Assembly (NCBI GenBank): GCA_002722455.1
Contig: PBMB01000019.1
Span: forward strand, 16,306-80,305
Direction of reading: 5' to 3'
Length of the DNA stretch: 64,000 nt
From: Chloroflexota bacterium
Lineage (GTDB): Bacteria; Chloroflexota; Dehalococcoidia; Lucifugimonadales; GCA-2722455
Part shown: positions 21,074-30,421 of the stretch, piece by piece
Position numbering within the stretch: position 1 is the stretch's first letter
Layout: every line of letters begins with the position of its first letter
The notes under the pieces: model-generated
What the model saw: only the letters and a program-made list of their open reading frames with translations
What the model was told of the DNA's origin: nothing
The model's database searches: none
Translations under genes and position numbers: made by a program

Positions 21074-22261
21074 ATGAAGTCAAAAATCTTTGCCTCGGCT
21101 CTTATTGCAGCTATGTCTTTTTCTGCTAATGCTGTAGTTGGTAATCCTGACGGGGTAAGAGCAAGTTTTAACAACTATCCATTTTTCGCACAACTTGGTC
21201 ATCTTGTTGACTATGGTAACGGTGATGGCGTGGAATTCGGACAATTTTGTGGTGGCTCTATCATTTCTGCCGATCAAATCCTAACAGCAGCTCACTGTGT
21301 CGATGACTATGTTTATGGCGGCAAAGATTTCACTAAATTAAAAGTTCTTGTTTATAACAATGAAAAACAATATATTGGAATGCAAGAAGTTAAAGGTGTT
21401 GACAACATTATCATCATGGGTAGTGCTGATGACGCTTTAACTGGAACAGATTTATATTTATCTCGTAACTACCCAAGTGGTGTTTATGAAGAATCTACGA
21501 CCCCTGCTGCCAATGACGTTGCTATTATCACACTTGAGAGCGCAATTCAAGACAATGTTCGAGTTGCCAATCTTGCCCACAGTGTAAACAATTCACTTTC
21601 TTTGAATGACGGTGATTTATTGCAAGTTGCAGGTCAAGGTAAAGATTCGATGGTATACAAATATACCGATTCAGATGGTAATTTGGTTTATGACGCTCAT
21701 GACGACTCTACCTTTAACGAAGCTGATACTGTTTTTGTTGATGACACTTCTTGTTCTAGTTTGGGAACGAGTCTTGTAGACATAAACATTGAAAAGTCTC
21801 AAACAATTTGTACAACACACATTGATTTTTCTAACAATCAATTAGGTCGTGCTTGTTCTGGTGACTCAGGAGGACCATTAGTTCGTTCTGGTGTTCAAAT
21901 TGGTATTGTAAGTCGTGGTTCTAGTGGTTGTTCAGATGACGGATACTCAATGTTTGTAGACGTTCAAGATCCAGAAGTTCAAGCATTTATTGATCACTAC
22001 AAAAATTCTGATACTTTACCTGCATTCGTCCCTGTTTCAAACGGTATTGCAACCCAAAAAAGTGTTGGTGACGGTCTTACTAATTTAGAAGTTTGTGCAG
22101 ACTTAGGTATTGATTCAACTAATTGTCCTGACGGTTCAATGAGTGACGGTGGCGGTAGTGATAATGGTGGTTCTAATGGCGGTGGCGGTGGCGGTGGCTC
22201 TACTGGTCTACTAACGCTACTTGGTCTTGGTCTACTAACACTACGTCGAGTTAAAAAATAA
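21074..22261 (+). CDS. Secreted trypsin-like (S1) serine protease with GlyGly-CTERM anchor
   Basis: Signal peptide; FCGGSII..ILTAAHC, NDVAII, CSGDSGGPL triad motifs; C-terminal GGGGGGSTGLLTLLGLGLLTLRRVKK. Confidence 0.95.
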   Translation: MKSKIFASALIAAMSFSANAVVGNPDGVRASFNNYPFFAQLGHLVDYGNGDGVEFGQFCGGSIISADQILTAAHCVDDYVYGGKDFTKLKVLVYNNEKQYIGMQEVKGVDNIIIMGSADDALTGTDLYLSRNYPSGVYEESTTPAANDVAIITLESAIQDNVRVANLAHSVNNSLSLNDGDLLQVAGQGKDSMVYKYTDSDGNLVYDAHDDSTFNEADTVFVDDTSCSSLGTSLVDINIEKSQTICTTHIDFSNNQLGRACSGDSGGPLVRSGVQIGIVSRGSSGCSDDGYSMFVDVQDPEVQAFIDHYKNSDTLPAFVPVSNGIATQKSVGDGLTNLEVCADLGIDSTNCPDGSMSDGGGSDNGGSNGGGGGGGSTGLLTLLGLGLLTLRRVKK

Positions 22262-22370
22262 GAGAAACAAATAAACATAAAGAAAAGCCTGTCAAAGACA
22301 GGCTTTTTTATTGCCTTAAAAACACTACTTTGATATAATAACACTAACTTAAATAATTGGTATATTTACA

Positions 22371-23369
22371 ATGAATACTTTTATAGCTAATGTTATTAAA
22401 AATGTTGCAAAACATCGCACAACATTTCAAACCCTAGCCTTTGACATTAAAGATCAAAGAGTTATTGCAAAAGTAAGTAATCTTAAAGATAAAGAACTTG
22501 ATAAATTCATCAATGAAAAGCTAGAAGAAGGATATTTTCCTTCTGAGGAAGTATTCAAACAACATGGACTTATTCTTTATTATCTTGAAGATCTTTCAAG
22601 ATTTACTCGATACTGGCAAGTTAACTACACTGATTTATTTGATATGGAAGATCTTGACCGAATTGAAATTAATGAAGTTGAAGAATGCAATGTTGAACTA
22701 AACAAAATGCTTGATTCTTCTAGCACTGAATACCTTGTAAAAGCTTCACTAAGAACTTGTAATCAAGATCAAATGGAAGCCTTTGAATATGCCTTAGAAA
22801 ACTTCTTTAATGTGCTTAGAAAAGACGATTGTGACGATTTTGACCCTATGACTATCACATTACAAGACTATCATAAACAGATTTCAGCTAAACTATTATC
22901 TGCATTTTCGGAAATATTCCTTTATACTTCTGATATTGAAGTGTTTGAAAGTTGTGATAATGGTCGTGCTGTTATTCCATATCAATTTAAAAACCTAGCA
23001 ATTATTAATCATTTAAAAGATATTTTAACTCGTTGTGCTTTCAATAGTTTAGAAGAATATGAAAACCGTTTTCGTTATGCTGAAACACATAACTTAACTG
23101 CTTCTGATTATGAATATATTAAAAAACATTGCTTAGAAATTGAAGTTAATTCTATTAAACCGTTTTCAGATTATGTGACCCGTCATCGTTTTGAATATTC
23201 AGAAGAAAAATCTGGCTATGTCTGTTATTACTCTACAAAAACAGGTTGGAGCAGTTACAGCCCCGAACAATTAGATTGTTATTTAGTTTGTAACCATAAT
23301 GAGTTTAACAAATTCATTGATTCTCTTCGTGGAGAAGTTCATTCTATCTTTGTTAAATCTAAAAAATAG
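22371..23369 (+). CDS. Hypothetical protein
   Basis: 332-aa ORF with promoter. Confidence 0.7.
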   Translation: MNTFIANVIKNVAKHRTTFQTLAFDIKDQRVIAKVSNLKDKELDKFINEKLEEGYFPSEEVFKQHGLILYYLEDLSRFTRYWQVNYTDLFDMEDLDRIEINEVEECNVELNKMLDSSSTEYLVKASLRTCNQDQMEAFEYALENFFNVLRKDDCDDFDPMTITLQDYHKQISAKLLSAFSEIFLYTSDIEVFESCDNGRAVIPYQFKNLAIINHLKDILTRCAFNSLEEYENRFRYAETHNLTASDYEYIKKHCLEIEVNSIKPFSDYVTRHRFEYSEEKSGYVCYYSTKTGWSSYSPEQLDCYLVCNHNEFNKFIDSLRGEVHSIFVKSKK

Positions 23370-23430
23370 TTGTCTTTTTCCTTTTTGTTCGCTATGATGC
23401 TTAACAATTAATACAAAGTAAGGTTTTCAA

Positions 23431-23655
23431 ATGAGTGATAAAAAATCAGAAAATAATGGTGAATTTTCATGCGCTACTTTTTCGTATCTAAAAGATCCTG
23501 ATATGAATGGTGGATACAGTCAAGTTGGTGACGGTAATCAAGTTACAGAGCTTTTATTGACAAAAGGTGATCAAAAAATGACTCTTAACGATGAAGAAAT
23601 TATTCAATTAATGAAAACTATGCGTGGGATTAACCCAACTATTCAAGTTTATTAA
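23431..23655 (+). CDS. Hypothetical protein
   Basis: ORF with RBS. Confidence 0.6.
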   Translation: MSDKKSENNGEFSCATFSYLKDPDMNGGYSQVGDGNQVTELLLTKGDQKMTLNDEEIIQLMKTMRGINPTIQVY

Positions 23656-23871
23656 TTTTGGAGTAAATTTTTTCTTATGTATCTATTGCCCGTTTTTTGT
23701 TTTTGGTTTATTCTCCACACCCTATCGGGCAAAATTAAATCAGTTCGACAAATACTTCAAAAAATGGACAAAAAATACGAAGATAAATATCAAAAAAATT
23801 AAAATTAAGAGTGATATTTGTCGCCCTTTTTGTTATTATATTTGCATCTTAAATTACAAGGTGAAGCTAAA

Positions 23872-24345
23872 ATGAAAAAAGCAATTGAACGAATTGAACA
23901 ACTTATCAGCGAACGTTTGTATTGGAATGAAAAAATGAGCAAAGTTGTTTCAACAACAAATTTTACACTCGAACAAGAAAATTTTGTTGAATTTGCTAAA
24001 TCAATTCGCACTTCAGAAAGAACACTTAACGAGGTTCTTGTTAATCTTAAGGTTGTTTCGGCACTTCGTTCCCTACAAGAAAAAATTGAATCTTCTGAAT
24101 CAAAAGAACAACTTTTCATTGAAAAAATCATTACTGACGCTGCAGAACCATTTTCTGTTTCAAGAAAGCGTCATGAATTATACGTTAAAAGTATTGAAGA
24201 TATTCGTGATAATCTCCGAAGTAAAGGTGAATGGAACGATGATAATCGTGCTTCGATCAATCAAGCAATCATTACCACTCAATATTCAGCACAGTTAAAC
24301 ACACAAGCTTATGTTGATATTGAAACAATTATTGACTATTTGTAA
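23872..24345 (+). CDS. Hypothetical helical protein
   Basis: Start behind AAGGTG RBS. Confidence 0.65.
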   Translation: MKKAIERIEQLISERLYWNEKMSKVVSTTNFTLEQENFVEFAKSIRTSERTLNEVLVNLKVVSALRSLQEKIESSESKEQLFIEKIITDAAEPFSVSRKRHELYVKSIEDIRDNLRSKGEWNDDNRASINQAIITTQYSAQLNTQAYVDIETIIDYL

Positions 24346-24451
24346 TTCTTAATTAAAAAAAACAACAGACAAAAGCAAGAATTGCTTGTTCTTGTTTTTT
24401 TTTATTGTTATGATATAAGCAATTAAATAACTATATAAGGCTCAAAACAAT

Positions 24452-25084
24452 ATGGATTCAAAAGAACTTTTTAAGAAAACGAATACATTCCTGACGGTTG
24501 CAGGTATTGCTTCTTTTCTCATTATGCTTATTTTGTTCTTAATTTTTGGACAAGAAATGCTATGGGTTCCTATTGGTATTTACTCTATTCTTCTTGTATC
24601 TTCTATTTTTACTTATGGAAAACAATACAATCAGGAAAAATTCACGAAGAATCAATTAACAAATTGTTTCCATGAAGTTTTTACACCTATTATTACTATT
24701 GCTACTGCATTTTTAACTTGGTATTTTACGGGATACAGTTTTGAAGTAGCTTTTTATAATAATATTGGCTTTGCATTAGTTGCATCTGGTTGCATTAGCT
24801 TGATTTTAGAAAAGAAAAATATTATTCGTCGAAAAGATACGCCAAATGGATATACTAGTGGAACATATTTAATGCTTGGCTTGCTTGCTTTGGTTGCAAA
24901 AGCATTCCTTGGAGAACAAACGTCCTTGTTTTACATAATGATTCTTCGACCTATGCTTTATCCACTACTTATCATTTATAACTGTGGCAAAGAAGAAGCT
25001 CCAAAATATCTAACATACTGTTTAGACTCTATGCTCACTGATAAAATAAAAGACGCAAATAAAACAATTAAATTTAATAAATAA
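24452..25084 (+). CDS. Multi-pass membrane protein
   Basis: About six hydrophobic segments. Confidence 0.7.
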   Translation: MDSKELFKKTNTFLTVAGIASFLIMLILFLIFGQEMLWVPIGIYSILLVSSIFTYGKQYNQEKFTKNQLTNCFHEVFTPIITIATAFLTWYFTGYSFEVAFYNNIGFALVASGCISLILEKKNIIRRKDTPNGYTSGTYLMLGLLALVAKAFLGEQTSLFYIMILRPMLYPLLIIYNCGKEEAPKYLTYCLDSMLTDKIKDANKTIKFNK

Positions 25085-25159
25085 AACACTAAGCCGCAAT
25101 TGATATTGAGGCTTTTTTTTGCTATAATTCATTTATTGAAATTACGTAAGGTTTTAAAA

Positions 25160-25597
25160 ATGATTTACATTGAATCCACTCTTGAAGACGGAACATACAT
25201 TAACAACATTGAATTTAAAGAAAACAAAGTTGTTATCGAAACTTCAGAGGGCGAAGAACTGGAATTTTTACTAGACGAAGAAATTGAAGTTCGAGTTTTT
25301 GACGTTGTGGAAATTAAAACTGTTGAAGATTTCATTAATGCAGCAAAAGACAATCGTGTTTATTGCAATCAAGATCTTGAAAAAGAAGCATTAATGCAAG
25401 TATTCCCTGACATTAACCTTAAAGGTCTTATCGTTGACGATTCCTTAGAACTTGAAGAACTTGCTAACATTTCAAATTATGCTTTTGGTAAGCTTAAAGG
25501 CAAAAGAAAAGATATTACTTTTGCTGAAATGAAAAAAATCATTGATAAAGCAGTTATCAGTGAAAAAGAGGAACTTGATTTAAGTTCTTATAAATAG
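25160..25597 (+). CDS. Hypothetical protein
   Basis: Start behind AAGGTT RBS. Confidence 0.65.
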   Translation: MIYIESTLEDGTYINNIEFKENKVVIETSEGEELEFLLDEEIEVRVFDVVEIKTVEDFINAAKDNRVYCNQDLEKEALMQVFPDINLKGLIVDDSLELEELANISNYAFGKLKGKRKDITFAEMKKIIDKAVISEKEELDLSSYK

Positions 25598-25598
25598 G

Positions 25599-25636
25599 TT
25601 GATATAACATTATGCCTATTGTATAATATAGGCATA
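25599..25636 (+). promoter_or_regulatory. Promoter with the -10 box inside an inverted repeat
   Basis: TTGATA 25599, 17 bp, TATAAT 25622; TATGCCTAT-[TGTATAAT]-ATAGGCATA. Confidence 0.7.
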
Positions 25637-25667
25637 TTTTAAAACCATTGCTGAAAAAAGGTCGCAA

Positions 25668-26186
25668 ATGAAAGCACTTATTAAAAATCTTATTCCTATA
25701 ATTGAAAACGAAAAAACAGTTGGTCTTCGATTAGATGTTGAAAATGCAACTGATCTTGAAATCAATGTTTATGTCTCTTATATGCAAAATCGAATTACTT
25801 CCGATACTGTAATGTGTCCTATGCCTTTCATCTCCTCCGATGAAAAGGAAAGAGTTGTTGTAGAGTATGGACATCACCAAAATGTCGAAATCGTTGTTGA
25901 TTGGCTTGGTTGTCCCTTTGAATATCGTTCGCTTGCTAATCTTCATAATATTGCTATCATCTCTGTTGAAGGTAGCGGTTTTGTATCTCGAATTATGGAT
26001 CTCAAAGACGATCAAATTGTTCAAAAAGAAGGTTTTGAAGATTGTATAGGTCGTTCAAACTTCTATGCAAGGGCAGGTATTTTAGCTTATATTGCTTATC
26101 GTGAAAAACAAAATCCTGAAAAAATGGCTGATCTTTTAGATTCTCAAATTAAATCGAACGAAAAAGGAAAAATCGTTTTTTCTTAG
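25668..26186 (+). CDS. Hypothetical protein
   Basis: ORF with RBS. Confidence 0.65.
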   Translation: MKALIKNLIPIIENEKTVGLRLDVENATDLEINVYVSYMQNRITSDTVMCPMPFISSDEKERVVVEYGHHQNVEIVVDWLGCPFEYRSLANLHNIAIISVEGSGFVSRIMDLKDDQIVQKEGFEDCIGRSNFYARAGILAYIAYREKQNPEKMADLLDSQIKSNEKGKIVFS

Positions 26187-26194
26187 AACCTTTG

Positions 26195-26224
26195 AAATAG
26201 AACGGTAGTTCTACCGTTCTATTT
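26195..26224. repeat. Perfect 14-bp inverted repeat with TT centre (terminator-like)
   Basis: AAATAGAACGGTAG-TT-CTACCGTTCTATTT. Confidence 0.8.
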
Positions 26225-26244
26225 ATTTTAAGGGCAAAATAATA

Positions 26245-26445
26245 ATGAAAAAATTAATTGAAATAATATCCGTAATTATCACAAAAGAAAGTGAAAAAGA
26301 AATATACAACAGCATAAAATCAATCAAACCTGATCTTAGCGAAAATGAGGTTTCTGAAATTATTGCTGCTGCTAAACTTTATAATACAAGAAGAATGACA
26401 AAGACATTCTTAACTCATAAATTAAAAAAATACGGATTTGAATAA
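26245..26445 (+). CDS. Small hypothetical protein (similar to 34364..34576)
   Basis: ORF; alignment by eye. Confidence 0.55.
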   Translation: MKKLIEIISVIITKESEKEIYNSIKSIKPDLSENEVSEIIAAAKLYNTRRMTKTFLTHKLKKYGFE

Positions 26446-26534
26446 AATAAATTATATTTTTTCTTGCATGTTTTTCTTTGTTTGTGTATTATTACCTCTC
26501 TCCCGCAAACAATAACTAATTAAGAGAATTTATT

Positions 26535-26714
26535 ATGAGTATAATTGAAAAACAAACAACAGAAGTTCTACAATTCAGTCTAACAGAAGCTCGTAATCAT
26601 GCGCTAAATAAAGATAAATCAGAGCAAGAACGTCAAAAAGCAAAAAACCAAGCTGAGAAGATTGCCCTTGTTCTTCAAGAGCGTGGTGAAACAGTTTCCG
26701 AGTGGAACGTTTAA
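26535..26714 (+). CDS. 59-aa hypothetical protein
   Basis: MSIIEKQTTEVLQFSLTEARNHALNKDKSEQERQ...; own promoter and terminator. Confidence 0.65.
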   Translation: MSIIEKQTTEVLQFSLTEARNHALNKDKSEQERQKAKNQAEKIALVLQERGETVSEWNV

Positions 26715-26891
26715 TTTTTACTTTTATGGCTCTGTCTGAGCCATAATCAATCAAACAGAAATTTTATACAACATAAAATAAAGGATAAGCCACTACTCTT
26801 ATTTGCTTTTTTTCTGTGTTTTTATTATTATTATTTGTTGACTAAATCACGTTTTTTTGATATTATTGCCACAACAAATAAGGGGTTTACT

Positions 26892-27053
26892 ATGAAAAGT
26901 TGCAAATCGTTAAATACGTTTCAAACAAAAATAGTTCAAATATTTCTAATTTTATCTGCTATTGCGTCTCTTATTCAACCTGCTATGATTGCGGTTTTGA
27001 TTATTTTCGCTGCACCTATTTTGGCTTATAAATTTAAACAAGCTTGTTTGTAA
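26892..27053 (+). CDS. Small two-TM membrane protein
   Basis: AAGGGG RBS; hydrophobic. Confidence 0.55.
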   Translation: MKSCKSLNTFQTKIVQIFLILSAIASLIQPAMIAVLIIFAAPILAYKFKQACL

Positions 27054-27195
27054 TGTAATTTAAATTAACTTAGGGAAAACAAATTTTTGTTGATAAAGTT
27101 TGTTTTCTCTAAGCATATTTATTGTAACAGATTCATTTATTTTCTTAGTTTTTTTATAATTATTCCATATTAAACAACTTTAAAGAGATTTAGTA

Positions 27196-27951
27196 ATGCC
27201 AAAATTTGACGTATTTGTAAAAGGAAAAAAAGTTAAAGTTCAGAAAAACGATTCTGGATTTCCTAGTATCATGAATGATTTTCAATATGTTGGCAATCTT
27301 ATTGGAAGCACTAAAATTAATGCTCTTACACAAGCAAAAGCAAAAGTTGCTGCAGGTTTTTTTAACGTTGAAACAAAAGATAATAAATCTTCTATGATTG
27401 ATTTGACTCAATCAATGTCAAAACTTCAAAAGGAAACCCGCAAAAACGATAAGTCTTATATTATTACTGATTTTGACGGAGTTCTTGACGAACCTAGCGT
27501 CAAACAAAGTGTTCCTTACAATTTTAATGAAGTCGTTAATACTTATTTAAGCTCTATTGCTTGTCCACACAAAATGTATCTTTTAGCTAAACTTGCTATT
27601 GAAACGAACTCAAACATTGTTCTAAGTAGCACATATCGCACAGCAGATCCTTGTATGGACATTGTTATTCGAAAAGCACTTCGTCGTTCTGGTGTTGAAG
27701 AATATATCGAATTTGCTAAAAAGTACAAATACGAGCTTCGAGAGCTTTGTGTTGAGCCAAACACAAAATACAATCAGAAATCACGAAATGAACAGATCCA
27801 AGATTATGTTGATTTTATGAAACTTGATAAATTCGTGGTATTTGAAGACCGAGAACGTATTGATTCTGAACTAAACCCTGTTTATACCGCTTCTTCTGTT
27901 GGACTTACACAAGAACATATCGACAAGGCAAAAGAATACTTAATTTCTTAA
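27196..27951 (+). CDS. HAD-family phosphatase (Swiss-Army-Knife RNA-repair HAD-like) with N-terminal extension
   Basis: ITDFDGVL motif I, IVLSSTYR, FVVFED, VGLTQEHIDKAKEYL. Confidence 0.75.
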   Translation: MPKFDVFVKGKKVKVQKNDSGFPSIMNDFQYVGNLIGSTKINALTQAKAKVAAGFFNVETKDNKSSMIDLTQSMSKLQKETRKNDKSYIITDFDGVLDEPSVKQSVPYNFNEVVNTYLSSIACPHKMYLLAKLAIETNSNIVLSSTYRTADPCMDIVIRKALRRSGVEEYIEFAKKYKYELRELCVEPNTKYNQKSRNEQIQDYVDFMKLDKFVVFEDRERIDSELNPVYTASSVGLTQEHIDKAKEYLIS

Positions 27952-27963
27952 ATTTTTAAAACA

Positions 27964-27998
27964 AAAAGGTTGTTCTCTTAGCAACCTTTTGCTATTAT
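27964..27998 (+). promoter_or_regulatory. Fused terminator/sigma70 promoter
   Basis: AAAAGGTTGTT..AGCAACCTTTT; -35 27970, 17 bp, TATTAT 27993. Confidence 0.8.
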
Positions 27999-28031
27999 TA
28001 TCTTATCGTTAAAAACAAAGAGAGATTCAAA

Positions 28032-28295
28032 ATGCAAGATTGTGTAATTGAAAAATTTCAAGCTCAACGTGATAAATTACTAACAGATTTTGAAGAAACA
28101 ACAAATGTTGTCATTTGTGATCAAAAACATTTTAACTTTACTCACAAAACATTACCTGTCTCTGCTCGTATTACTTTATCTTATGGCGAAGAAGATCTCA
28201 TTAATCGACCTAATGTTGTTGGTATGGAAGTTTCATTTAGTTCTGAAAATCAAAAAACGCTTTCAAAACAGGTTGAAAAGAAATACAAAATTTAA
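28032..28295 (+). CDS. Hypothetical protein
   Basis: ORF. Confidence 0.6.
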   Translation: MQDCVIEKFQAQRDKLLTDFEETTNVVICDQKHFNFTHKTLPVSARITLSYGEEDLINRPNVVGMEVSFSSENQKTLSKQVEKKYKI

Positions 28296-28318
28296 GTTAA
28301 TTTAAAAAAACAAAGTTT

Positions 28319-28353
28319 AAAGCCTTGCTTAGTCAGGGCTTTTTTTGTATAAT
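28319..28353 (+). promoter_or_regulatory. Fused terminator/sigma70 promoter
   Basis: AAGCCTTG..CAGGGCTT; -35 28325, 17 bp, TATAAT 28348. Confidence 0.8.
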
Positions 28354-28388
28354 AACCTTATCTTGTTTAATCTATACGGTTTATCATA

Positions 28389-28886
28389 ATGCAAAAATTT
28401 ATAATCGAGATTACTAACCTTATTCAACTTCACTCTCTTTTCAAAGCAATTCAAAATGAAGACGTTTCAGACCGATTTGTTCGCACTCGAAAAACTCGCT
28501 TTCACATTAACTTACCAGAGATAGAAGTAAAGGCTGAACTTTCTCTTGATTACCATACGGACGGTTATCTCGCATTTAAAGGGCAAAAAGATAAAACATT
28601 GTTTTTCTACCCTAATACAAATGGATTTATTAATAAAAACGAACAAACAAAAGAACTGCTTTCTCGAATGATCAAGGCTTCTTTTAAAGATTCTCTTGTT
28701 TTCAATAAACCAGAAGATTATGACGCTGAAAATATCGCTTTCTTAGAGTTATGTGGCTTTGATGCGTCTGACGGTTACGATATTGAAGACTTAGAATCTC
28801 ACCAAGGGATTTTTAGACACTTATCAGAAGTCTTTACCCCTTGCTTGTTAGAGCATAAGAAAATGCTTAATTTTAATCAATATTAA
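28389..28886 (+). CDS. Hypothetical protein
   Basis: ORF. Confidence 0.65.
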   Translation: MQKFIIEITNLIQLHSLFKAIQNEDVSDRFVRTRKTRFHINLPEIEVKAELSLDYHTDGYLAFKGQKDKTLFFYPNTNGFINKNEQTKELLSRMIKASFKDSLVFNKPEDYDAENIAFLELCGFDASDGYDIEDLESHQGIFRHLSEVFTPCLLEHKKMLNFNQY

Positions 28887-29080
28887 TTTGTATTATTTGT
28901 TTTGAGGTAATGTATTTAAGTCAATATTTTGAGCTGCTTATGCAAAATGGTTTTTCTTAGGATCAAGGAGTGAATTATGTTAAACGAATACGAAGGTTTT
29001 TAATATTAAAAAAAACTTGCCTTTTTATTATTTTTTATGTATAATTTATTCCGTAAGTAAGATTTAAGAGATTATGATTT

Positions 29081-29275
29081 ATGACAACAACAAAACGTGA
29101 AAGCGAAGCACCTATTACCACCGAACTTGCAAAAGAATTTATTCGAGAGCAAGATCATAATTCTAGTGACGTTTTTTCAAAGTGGGAATGGGACGCTATC
29201 ATTAACAATCTTGAAACAGGTGTTTGGGATCGAAAAGAGCTTGATAAAAATATTAAAGAGCTTGCGAATCGATAA
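29081..29275 (+). CDS. Small hypothetical protein
   Basis: ORF with promoter and terminator. Confidence 0.6.
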   Translation: MTTTKRESEAPITTELAKEFIREQDHNSSDVFSKWEWDAIINNLETGVWDRKELDKNIKELANR

Positions 29276-29376
29276 TTTATTTTTTGAAAAACCGTCTTTT
29301 TAGGCGGTTTTTTTTGTTTTTATTTTCTATTAATGCTATAATAAACACTCATTAAAAGAATCTTTCTTGGTGCAAT

Positions 29377-30384
29377 ATGTCTCTTAAAAAATTAAACAAA
29401 GTGATTAACAATATCAATGATTATCACAATGCACGAATTGAAAAAATCAAAAACTACAACCCTAGTTCTTACAAATTAAGGCTAGATGATTTTTTTGGAC
29501 GTCTTCATCTTTCAAGAGATTTGCTTCCTGAGTTTTACCCTGAATTAGACGAAAAGTGCCTGAACCACTTTAAAGAAAATATTTCTTTTCAAGAGTTTGC
29601 AACTTATTATCATGAGACAGATTTTCAACATTATTGTGATAAATCTCGAATTGTTAAAGACTTAGTTAATAAGTTCTATCCAAATATTGATTTTGGCTTA
29701 TTTGAAGCGATTCAAGCCGCTTCTTGTAACTGGATTGGATATGACCGATTTGATAACGAGTCAACTTTTAAAATTTTTAACTCTATCCACTCTGATTTAT
29801 CTATTCCTTTTGGCGATCAGCGATTCAGTGTAAAACCTATTTATTCAAATATGTTTTGTGGTTTTAGCGATAATTCTTCTTTGTTTCGAGATAAAAACGT
29901 AAAATATAAAGTTCGTCATTACTGCGATAAGCAAGATAAGTATATTGAAAAAGAAAACAATCGACTTTTTCTAGATTCAAGACTTGGGTTAGTTTTTTAC
30001 TTTAAAAACAAACCTGCTTTTTATGTTAGTTTTTATATTGACCAAGATATGAACGTATTCATTCGTCAAATACAAGGTTGTCAAAAAGGGCGTGGTCATT
30101 ATGTTCTAGGTGACAAATGGAGAACCGAAGTTGTTCAATATTTGAAAGATTCACTTTCTTTTGCGAATGATTTTTATGTAATCACAGAAGACGCAGCATT
30201 TGATTTTGTTATTTCCACTTATGACAAAAATAGTTTAAAAGACGTTGTTTTAAACACAGTAAGAAAAGCATCAAGCGTTTATTTAGAATTTAAAAACGAG
30301 AATGTTTTTCACCAAGTGCCAAGACATTTATCATTTGGCTTTCGTCATTCCAAAGAGATAAAAGATACTTTCTACTTGTTTTAA
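29377..30384 (+). CDS. Hypothetical protein (weak VirK/YbjX-like segment)
   Basis: VSFYIDQDMNVFIRQIQG segment; function uncertain. Confidence 0.55.
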   Translation: MSLKKLNKVINNINDYHNARIEKIKNYNPSSYKLRLDDFFGRLHLSRDLLPEFYPELDEKCLNHFKENISFQEFATYYHETDFQHYCDKSRIVKDLVNKFYPNIDFGLFEAIQAASCNWIGYDRFDNESTFKIFNSIHSDLSIPFGDQRFSVKPIYSNMFCGFSDNSSLFRDKNVKYKVRHYCDKQDKYIEKENNRLFLDSRLGLVFYFKNKPAFYVSFYIDQDMNVFIRQIQGCQKGRGHYVLGDKWRTEVVQYLKDSLSFANDFYVITEDAAFDFVISTYDKNSLKDVVLNTVRKASSVYLEFKNENVFHQVPRHLSFGFRHSKEIKDTFYLF

Positions 30385-30421
30385 AAACTAAAAAAACACA
30401 GCTCTTTGGCTGTGTTTTCTT

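Noticed and set aside
22148-22199. GGC/GGT microsatellite
   Set aside because: Encodes the Gly/Ser linker of the GlyGly-CTERM protease
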